DNA of 64,000 nucleotides from assembly GCA_963815195.1 (NCBI GenBank), contig CAWFGE010000023.1:128001-192000 (forward strand), in the 5' to 3' direction. Below, piece by piece: positions 54,922 to 64,000 of this stretch; within the stretch, counting starts at the first letter, position 1; every line of letters starts with the position of its first letter. The notes under the pieces were generated by a model. It had not been told where the DNA came from. It saw nothing but the letters and a program-made list of their open reading frames with translations, and searched no databases. The position numbers and the translations under genes were made by a program. This stretch comes from an uncultured Planctomycetaceae bacterium (lineage in GTDB: Bacteria > Planctomycetota > Planctomycetia > Planctomycetales > Planctomycetaceae).

Positions 54922-57102
54922 TCAATCCTTAAACACAAATTCCGGCGTGTTGAGCATGGCCCACATCAGGTCTTCGACGACCTGCCGGCGGTCGGCTTCG
55001 GGTTTGGCGAACAGGCTTTCGCACAACCCCTGTTCTTCGGAGGTTGGGGTCCGCGAATAGATTCGCAGGTAAAGTTCCTTGATGATCTCCTGAGGCGTTT
55101 TGTCCGAGGCGGCGAGTTTGGCGGCCCGGCCGTTGTCCGAGGTGATCTTTCGGCTGAGCTTTTCGGAGTTCATTAGGTGGAGCGCCTGGACGATGCTCGT
55201 GTCGCCGGTGCGTTCGCAGGGAGGATCCTGGTTGGGATCCGGGCGGCCGAAGGCATCGAGGAACAGTGAATCCACGCGGTGCGTCCAGATCAGTTTGGCG
55301 GAGGAATCCGGGGGCATTGCGTCGAAGGATTCGGGAACGCCGGTGATCTCGGTCACGGCATCCAAGAGCACCTCCGCCCGCAATCGGCCGCGGTAGTAGC
55401 GGGAATAATTCCGCGTGTCGGCAATGTTCCGCTCGGTGGGGCTGGAACCGAGCCCGTAAACATAAGACGTCGCAATCCGGCGGATGAGTTTTTTGAGGTC
55501 GTAGCCCTCTTTTTCAAAGTCTTTTCCCAAGGCCTCCAAGAGGGCGGCGTTCGAGGGCGGATTGGTCGCCCGCAAATCGTCCACGGGTTCCACAAGGCCC
55601 CGGCCCATGAGATCGGCCCAAACGCGGTTGGCCATCACCTGGGCGAAGTAGGGATTGTCCTTGGTGGTCCAAGCCGCGAGCGCCCGCCGGGGATCGCCGC
55701 CAGTGGGAATTTCCGGCGCAGTGCCGAACAGCGGTTTGGGCGGCAGGACCTTGCCGGTGAGCGGATGGGTGACTTCGCCTTTGTCCGCTACATAGACCAT
55801 TTCCTCCGAGCCGGAAATCGGCGGCGAAAGGCCGGTGCCTTTGCGGCCGATCTTCGCGAAGTAGGCGGCGAACCCGTAGAAGTCCTCCTGCCCCCAGCGC
55901 TCGAAGGGATGGTGATGGCATTTCGCGCATTCCAGCCGGACGCCCAAAAACAGTTGGCTGACGACGGTGGTGAGTTCATCCGGCGATCGGCGATCGCGGA
56001 ACAGCGTGACCGCTCCGTTTTTGAACGTGCTGCCCTGCGCGGTGATGAGGTCGCGGACGAACTCGTCCCAGGGACGGTTCCGGCGGAACTCGTCGCGAAT
56101 CCACGCGTCGTAATTGAGCGTCGCTTTGATGCCCACGCGGTAGGGGTTCGGCCGCAGGAGGTCGGCCCATTTGTTCGCCCAGTGGTCGGCATACTCCGGC
56201 CGATCGAGCAGATGATCCACCAGCCGTTCCCGTTTGTCGGGCGAAGGATCGCTTAAAAAGACTTGGGCTTCTTCCAGGGTGGGGACGCGGCCGATGATGT
56301 CCAAGTAAGCCCGGCGGAGGAACTTGTGGTCGGGGGCCGTTTCGGACGGCGTGATGCGGAGCCTTTGCAGTTTCTTCCAGACGAGATCATCGATGAAGTT
56401 CTGCCGGGGCAGTTCGGCGTAGAAGTTATCCGGCACCTCGCCGGGCATGGGGACGGCAACGGAGCACACGGCGATCTGGCCCATGTACCGCGCCATCACC
56501 GCGGCTTCGCCCACGATGTTGTTCGTCGCGACGTGCCCGGCGTCATCGACGGCGGCGATCGCGCTTTCGTTCGACTGATAAGCCGCCATCCCGGTCACAT
56601 CCCGTGTGGAACCGTCGGCATAATGGGCTGTGACCTTCAATGGGATCGAGTCGTTATAGCCGAGGATCTTCTCGCTGGGCGTGACGGTGACGTTGACCAA
56701 ATCCGGCGTGCCGGGGATTTCGCGGGGCAGGCCCTGACGGATCCAATCGAGCAGGAGCTGGTAAGGTTCACTGCCCACGGCGAGGCGTTTGCCGCCGCCG
56801 TGCGGGACTTGGCCGGTGGGTTTTTGCAGGAACAGGCTTTTTTCCGGATCGGGCAGAAAAATCCGCCGGCCGCGGGCTTCGCGGGTGAGGGCTTCGTAAT
56901 CGAACTCTGGATCGAACCCCAATAGCGAAAGCTGAAACCCGTTCTGCCCGCGGGCTTTGCCGTGACAGGCCCCGGCGTTGCAGCCGAACCGCGTGAGCAC
57001 GGGCTGGACATCCCGCTCAAAGTCCACGCCGGCCCCGTGGAGAGGGACAGCGAAGAGGAAAACCGGCAACAGGGCGAATCCAATTCTGAAACGCGAGGTC
57101 AT
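54922..57102 (-). CDS. DUF1549/DUF1553 (PSCyt/PSD1) protein with Ig-like domain
   Basis: CNAGACHG, FLRRAYLDIIG, WADLLR, CAKCHHHP, NRVWA..MGRGLVEPVDD, QALHLMN. Confidence 0.93.
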   Translation of the reverse strand: MTSRFRIGFALLPVFLFAVPLHGAGVDFERDVQPVLTRFGCNAGACHGKARGQNGFQLSLLGFDPEFDYEALTREARGRRIFLPDPEKSLFLQKPTGQVPHGGGKRLAVGSEPYQLLLDWIRQGLPREIPGTPDLVNVTVTPSEKILGYNDSIPLKVTAHYADGSTRDVTGMAAYQSNESAIAAVDDAGHVATNNIVGEAAVMARYMGQIAVCSVAVPMPGEVPDNFYAELPRQNFIDDLVWKKLQRLRITPSETAPDHKFLRRAYLDIIGRVPTLEEAQVFLSDPSPDKRERLVDHLLDRPEYADHWANKWADLLRPNPYRVGIKATLNYDAWIRDEFRRNRPWDEFVRDLITAQGSTFKNGAVTLFRDRRSPDELTTVVSQLFLGVRLECAKCHHHPFERWGQEDFYGFAAYFAKIGRKGTGLSPPISGSEEMVYVADKGEVTHPLTGKVLPPKPLFGTAPEIPTGGDPRRALAAWTTKDNPYFAQVMANRVWADLMGRGLVEPVDDLRATNPPSNAALLEALGKDFEKEGYDLKKLIRRIATSYVYGLGSSPTERNIADTRNYSRYYRGRLRAEVLLDAVTEITGVPESFDAMPPDSSAKLIWTHRVDSLFLDAFGRPDPNQDPPCERTGDTSIVQALHLMNSEKLSRKITSDNGRAAKLAASDKTPQEIIKELYLRIYSRTPTSEEQGLCESLFAKPEADRRQVVEDLMWAMLNTPEFVFKD

Positions 57103-57298
57103 GGGCCTTATCGATTGCTCTCATCGAGGTTTGGGGAGAAGTCCACCACACCCATCAGCATATAAGAATTCCCGCATCAGAATCAATCGACAACAGGCCG
57201 CGCGAAAATCCAAGTCCCCCGGTGGAACCGATCGAGGCGGTTGAACTCCGATTGCTTTCGCAATCCGAAAGACCGGGTTGATTGGGTTCTCGCCTTCT

Positions 57299-60200
57299 CT
57301 ATTCTCCTCGAGTCTTCGCCGTGAAATTGCCTTTCGCGGTCGCGGAGTTGTCGGCTCGCCAGTCTTGGGTCGGCCAGAGGATCGCCCGGCGGTCTTCGCT
57401 GCCGGTGAGCAGATAGCGGCCGTCGGGCGAGAAGGCCACCGCGTTGACCGGCCGGTTGTGCCGCTTGAGCGTGAGCACCTGGTCCGCGGGCGGGATCGAT
57501 CCGTCGAAAACCTGCCGGACGCGGGTGTCCCACACGATCACGGTGTTGTCGGCGCTCGCCGTCACCGCCCGGCGGCACTTGGCCATTTCGTCGTCGTCGA
57601 TCGTCTCATCGTTGTTCCAATCTTTTTCCTTTTCGAGAGGCGAAAAGGCCACATCGGTGATGCGGGCGGAATGGCCCTTCAAAATCAGCTTGGGTTCCAG
57701 GGAAACGTGTTTGTCCGCGGTGATTTTCAATTCCCACATGACGGCATGGTTTTCCGCGGAACCGGTCAAGAATCCGATTGCCATCGTTCGCGAAGGCCAC
57801 GCACAGCGGTTCCTCCACAAGTCTTGTTTCGCTTTCAGGATCGACTTGTTGAGTTTGGCACGCTTGATCGCCCGTCTCGGCGTTCCAGACCCGAATCGTT
57901 TTGTCCCGCGAGACGCTGACGATCCATTTTCCGTCCGGCGAGAACGCGGCATCGAGCACATCATTGGTATGGCCTCGGAAGGTGCGGACCGGCGCCACTT
58001 GGAAGTTATCAACCCCATTGGGCGTCAACTTCCACAGCACCATCGTTTCATCATCGTGCGCCGGATCGTCATTGCTGACGGTCAAGATGAACTCACCACC
58101 CGGCGAATACGCGGCGGCGTTGATGGTTTCCTTGTGGATGCCTTGGAGCTTGGCCACGTCCTTTTCGGTTTCCACGTTCCACACCCGTGCGGCCCCGTCC
58201 TGTCCGGCGGTGACGAAGTATTTGCCGTCCGGCGAGAAGCCGATCGACGCGACTTCGCCTTGGGCGTTCAAGGCGATGGTGGGGTCGGAGTAAATCTTTC
58301 CGACCTCGGCGTTATCGAGTTGTTTCCAGAGGCGGGCATCGCTCATGCCGAACACGGCCAGTTCCGTTCGGCCTTGCTCAGGCGAGAACGCTGCCGCCCA
58401 GACTTCCAGGCCGTCCTGGAGGATTATCGGCCGATCCGCGGAGGGCCGCCAAACATAGGTGATCCGGTCGACCCGGTTCGTGGCGGCGATGTATCGGCCG
58501 TCGGGAGAAATGGCGACGGAGTTTGTCTGGGCCAGCAAGAGGTCATCCGCCTTAAGGTCTGCGAACAGACGCGCCAGCTTTTGAACCAGTTCGGTTTCCG
58601 TGCTCTCGGTCAATCGGTCGGGAATTTTGGAAACCAGTTGCTCGACGCCTTGTTTCCAGCCGCCCCGATTGACGAACTCCATGTAGTCGGCGTCAGACGC
58701 GTTCGGATAGAAAACCATAAAAGCTTCTTTTAGTTTTTCGTTCGGCGTTTTCTTTGCGGCGAATTGCGATTGCAGGTTCGCCATCAGGGTGCGGACCTGA
58801 CCTTCGGGACGGAATGTGCGGGGCTCGACCTGTTCCCGCTCCAGATCCCAAAGCCGGATCAACCCCGGCAGTTTGTCGTCGAAGCAGGTCGTAACGAGCC
58901 ATTTTCCGTCGGCTGTGAGATCCATCGAACGCACGACTTTTGGATGCAACAGCCGGAGCCGATCCACTTCCTTGTTTGTGGAAAGATCCCACTGGGCCAC
59001 GGTTTTATGACCGGCACTCAACAATCGCCCGTCGTCGGGCAAGAACCGCAAGGCCACCACGCGGGCGTTATGGGCTTTATGCTCCTTCGAGTTCTTGAAT
59101 TCGAGGTTTGCGACTCGCGTCGGTTCCGCTTTGATTCGCGGCGACCAGTTCCAGAGGACGATGTGCCCGCCGGCGTCGGCCGTGGCGAGTGTCCACGAAC
59201 CGTCGTCGTTGACACGGTTGGCAAACGCGACGGCCGTGACTTCGCTGCCATGTTCGCCGAAGGTCGCCGCCAGTTCGCCCGTCGTGGCGTTCCAAAGTTT
59301 GGCTTTCCAGGGTTGATAACCGGGTTTTGAAATTTCCGATTGCTTGTTATCGCTGCTTGTCAGAATCCAGCCGTCATTCGGGGACACGGCGATCGCCCCG
59401 GATTGGCCCACAGCCTTGAGCTTCAACAATTCGGTGCGGGCGGTCACGTCCCACACGCGGGCCGTGCCGTCGAAGCCGGCGGTGGCGAGTTTTTTGCTTT
59501 TATCGAAGTAAACGCCGGCCGTAATCAGATTGTCGTGGCCTTCGGCGAGGATCTGCTCGCTCTGAATCCGGTCTTTATCGTCCAACCGATAGATCCGGGC
59601 CGTCTTGTCGCGGCTGGCGGTGGCAAATTCTTTGGAGTTCTTGGAAAACGCCACGGCGTCCAAGGCGGAGTCGTTGACGAGTTCCAATTCGGCCGTCGCA
59701 TCTTGACCCGGGTTCCAGAGCTTGGCGGTTTCGTCGTGGCTCACGGAAAGAATCCGCTCGCCCTCGGGACCGCGCACCCACACGCAATTCCGCACCCAGC
59801 CGCCGTGGCCCCGGAAGGTTTTCACCGGGGTGGTTTTGGATTGCGTGTCGTCGCGGCTGATGTTCCAGACCTTCATGGTGTGGTCGTTGGAGCCGGTCAA
59901 CAGCACCAGGTCGCGGGCGTCTTCGCCGGCCGGCCGGCCGAACTCGATGGAGGAAATCGCCGCAGTATGTCCCAGAAGTTCGCGGTACGGCGCGGGGGGA
60001 TGGATTCGCCCGCGATGCTCATGCGGATGTAGGTCTGGTAATCCAACTGCGGGATGTCGCTGGGCCGCCAGAGCAGCACCCGGCGGTCGTAGTCGCCCGT
60101 GGCGACGTATTGCCCCTCAGGTGAGAAGGCCACGGTATAAATCGCGCTCTGGTGGCCGCGAAAGGCCGGCAGCCGCTTGATGTTTTTCGGGTCTTGCCAA

Positions 60201-63200
60201 TGGCCGGTCTCGTCCCGCCACACAATCGCGGTTCTGTCTTCGCTGACGGTCACGACTTGCGTTTCGCCCTTGCCGAACACGGCGTCCCAAACGATGTCGG
60301 TGTGGCCGGCGAGGACTGTCAACGGCCTGACTTGGGGGTCGCCCGATTCGGCATTCCACGCCCACACGCGGGCGGTCCGGTCCTTTGATGATGTGAGGAG
60401 TTTCTTCCCGTCTTGGGAAAACTGCACGCTGACCACGGGATCCATGTGGCGTGATTTTAACTTTTCATAATACTCGTCTTCCGAACGATAGAAGATGTCC
60501 CTGTCGCCGAACTTACCCTCCAATAGTTCGTTCTGTTTGGGGTCCCAAAGCTTAATGAACCCCTTTTCATAATCGTCGGTGGCGAGGACGATCCATCCAT
60601 CGGGCGATACGGCCACATCGTACACCGTGACGTTTGGCCTCAGTTGATCCGGTTTGAGTTTTCGCTCGGTATTTCTGAGGGCGACATTGTGAAGAGCAAG
60701 GGCTCGGGGATCCCGGCCGTCGGAATCGTCGATGTCGTGGATTTCGACCAGGCCTTCCCCGCCGACGACGAACTGCTTGCCGCCGTCGATCAAGGCGACC
60801 GATTCCAGCCGATGGCCTTTGAATTTGTATTGCCGCTCGAACTGCTCGCAGAGCCGCTTCAGGTAGCCCCATTCCCAATTGCGGAACTCCTTGGCGGTGC
60901 TGTCGAGCACCTCGCGTGCGTAATCGAACGCGTTCTCTTCGATCTTCGCCGCGGCGAGGCCGATCTTGGAATTGTAGGCTTCCCGCTTGACCTGACGCGT
61001 GGCTTCTTCAGCCAGGAGCCGCTGGATTTTTTCCGAGGCGGCCGCGGCGATGGCTTTCTGCTCTTGCTCCTTGGCTTTCTGTTCCTGCTCTTTGGCAATC
61101 TGTTCTTGCTCCTTGGCTTTCTGCTCTTGCTCCCTAGCAATCCGCTGCTGTTCTTGGGCCTTCGCCTCGTTGAGTCGGGCGATGATTTCTTCATAGAACG
61201 CTGCTTCGGCGGCGTCCTTCGCAATCCGTTCCTGCCTTTGGGCGTTCTCCCGTTGCTTTTTCTCCTCGGCCTGGGCATCGACGGCTTTCTGCTTTTCCAC
61301 CTTCGCAATCCGTTCCTGCCTTTGGGCCTCCTCCCGTTGCTCTTTCTCCTTGGCTTGAGCCTCGATGGCTTTCTGCGTTTCCGCCTGCGCAATTTGCTCC
61401 TGCTCTTGAGCCTTCGCCTCATTGAGTCGGGCGACAATTTCTTCGTAGAAAGCTGCTTCGGCCGCTTCTTCCGCGTCCTTCCGGGCGATCGCCTCCGCCT
61501 TCGCGGCGGCGACGGCTTTTTGTTCTGCTTGCCTCGCTTTCTCCTCTTGCTCCAGGGCAACGATCCGTTGTTCGTCGGCCATCATCGCATTGACTCTGGC
61601 GATGATTTCTTGAAACACCGCTTCTTTCCGCCGGCGTTCCGCTGCGATGTTCGCTTGCCTGGCTGCTTCTTTCAACCGCCGTTCCGTTTCGGCCAAAGCT
61701 TCGGCTTTCTCACGCTGCTCTTTCTCCTGCTCTTGGGCCTTGACGGCGATATCTCTTCGCATCGATTGCGTCGTTGCGGGCATTCACCGCCGCGGTGCGT
61801 TCGGTGTTGATCCAGAACGCCGCTCCGCTGACGACCAGGAACAGCGCGGCGAGCAAACCGCGGCCGGCGCGGCGGGCGGCTTCCAGGCGTTTCTGGCGGG
61901 CGTCGCGTTCGTCGCGGGCCTTGGCAATATCGACCTTGAGCTTGTCGTGCGAGCGGTCGCCCTGATCCAACAGCGAAGCCGCGAGATCGTAGTCGCCCTT
62001 GTCGAGGGCGCAGTGGGCATAAGCGAGCCGGGCGGCTCCCAACCGGCTGCGGGCCCGCTTGTTGCCGTCCCAGAGTTTGAGGGCTTCCTCAAATCCGAAC
62101 CGGGCTTTCGCATAGTCTTCGTAACTCTCGGACTTCTGGGCTCGCTCCAAATCCTCCTCGGCCATCGCCGCCAGCGTGATGCTTTCGGAGTGGGCGAGGT
62201 AGGTGCGGACGGCCGCCTGAAACTCCTGCACGCTTTTGTAGCGGTCTTTGGGATTGGTGGACATCGCTTTGAAGGCGATGTCGATCAATTCGCCCGTGTG
62301 GTCGGTGTGGACGATCTTATTGCGGGCGGCGGCCATTAAGCACTTCATGGCGTTCTTGCCGCGGTGCGGCGGCCGGCCGGTGACGATCTCGAACAGAATC
62401 GCCCCCAACAGATAGATGTCGCTGTGCGCGCCGATCTTGTTGATGGGCCCGGTGGCCATTTCCGGCGACATATATGCGGGAGTCCCGCCCATGCTGGAAC
62501 TGCGGACGATGCCCCGCTGCTTGCCGAACTTTTCGGTCGGCATGGCGAGGCCCCAGTCCATCAGCAAGACTTCGCCGAACTCGCCGAGCATCACGTTTTC
62601 GGGCTTGAGGTCGCGGTGCACGACGCCGCGGGCGTGGGCGAACGCCACCGCGTCGGCGACGCTCAGCAGAATCTCGAGGTTATCGTGCGTGGATTTTTGA
62701 TGGATCGTGTCCAGCCACGGATTGCCCGTCACGTTCTTCATCGAATAGAACAGGGCGTCGTTTTCGTCCTTGCCCACATCGTAAATCGGAACGATGTTCG
62801 GGTGGTCGAGTTCCCCGGTGACGACGGCTTCCGCGAGGAACTTGGAATGCTGGTCCCGCTTCCGGCTGGAGTGCCTCGGTTTGAGCATCTTCACCGCGAC
62901 GTTGCGGTCGATCGACGTCTGCCGGGCGTTAAAGACTTTCCCCATGCCCCCTTCGCCCAGGAGGTTGAGCAGCTCGTAGTCGGCCTTGTCGCTGTCCGGG
63001 TTGCCTTTTTCCCGCATGGACCGCAGTTGGATGACCAGCCCGCTGCCCTGGGCCGCTTCGGCGCCGGAGACATCCTGGGACGAAAGCCGATCCGTGCGGC
63101 CCGCCCCGTCGTCGCTGCCGGAATCGGTGCGGCCCATGTCCGGAAGCTCTTCGGAAATCAACGTCTTGGCGGTGCTGGCGTCCTGTCCCGTTCCGGACGG

Positions 63201-64000
63201 CGGCGAATCCTCCGTGGTCCTGGCGCCGGTCATTTCGTCGGCGGTGTGCGTTCGGCTGTCGTCCTTTTCCATCCAATCGTCGCCCAGCGGCAAGGTGGCT
63301 CCGGCCGCTTCCGCCGCTTCCGAAGAATCGGACTCTTCGGAAAAGAGTGCGTCGGTGAGCATCGTCTGATCCGACGTTCGCCCGTCATCGCTGTCGGACG
63401 GCGTGTCCCGGCCGTCGCTGTCGGAATCCCCCGAGGCTTCGATCGCCGCTTTTTCGAGCGAGATGTCGTCCGACAAAAACGTTTGCCCGACGGATTTTTC
63501 CGACCAATCCTCCTCGCTGGAATCCGAGGGTTCTTTCTCGTCCGACGGAAAAACGTCCGAGACGAACGTGTCTGCGACGCTGCTGATTTTGCCTTCACCC
63601 GCTCCGTCTGGTGCGGGCGCTGTTTCGTCCGAATCGTTCTTCGCCTTGAGATCGCTCAACAACTCGTCGACGTCCGCCGTGGGACTGGATTCGTCCGCCT
63701 CTTCCACTTCGTCGGACTCGAAGGATTTGATGGTCATTCCCGAGGGAACTTCGTCGTCCACCTCCCGCCAAATCTGCGACATCCGCACGATGTCTGCGGG
63801 CGAGATGTCGGCCACGTATGTCGCCGCGTCCTGGTCCGCGTTCCACGTCTCCGGATCGTTGGTGGACGAGCCGCCGTGGAGGCCCACCCCCGTGATCGCC
63901 CGCGGCAAATCTTGCAGATCGCCCGGGTTGTCCGACTCGCCCGGAGCGCCGTCGCCCGGTTCCACCGGCCCGCGCGAGTTTTCGGGAACGGATGATTCCC
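57299..64000 (-). CDS. Giant Ser/Thr kinase + TM + coiled coil + WD40 repeat protein (5' end beyond the window; frameshifts near 61757, 59990-59900 and 57780)
   Basis: LGEGGMGKV, VAVK, HRDLKPEN, DWGLA, GTPAYMSPE; long A/E/K/Q coil; RNWEWGYL; many GH...AFSPDG...S.D.T.R.W repeats. Confidence 0.9.

Overview
GC-rich bacterial chromosome segment, most likely from a planctomycete. The evidence is a DUF1501/DUF1549-DUF1553/PPC operon, a BBP7-like barrel, giant Ser/Thr kinases and planctomycete-style REP palindromes. From left to right it holds: a hybrid PAS/GAF histidine kinase; an aldehyde dehydrogenase; a putative redox/stress cluster (SDR epimerase, two helical lipoproteins, dodecin, ferritin-like protein, rhodanese, VKOR, SPW protein); fabZ; a nested repeat locus; three HEAT + beta-propeller genes followed by an outer-membrane barrel; a homocysteine methyltransferase; a Ser/Thr kinase; an AAA+ ATPase; HlyD-GAF, PDZ and GNAT genes; dnaA followed by a 5x38-bp tandem array; divergent cusA/cusB-like genes; a complete F0F1 ATP synthase operon; a CDF transporter; the DUF1501 operon; and the 3' part of a giant kinase/coiled-coil/WD40 gene. 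About 18 small frameshifts, including in atpB/A/G/C, point to long-read indel errors rather than real pseudogenes. No rRNA, tRNA, CRISPR array or transposase was recognised. All family calls come from motif recognition by eye, not database searches. The best candidate for an undescribed system is the split SDR + loop-Cys-less VKOR + SPW redox module at 4.9-10.3 kb.
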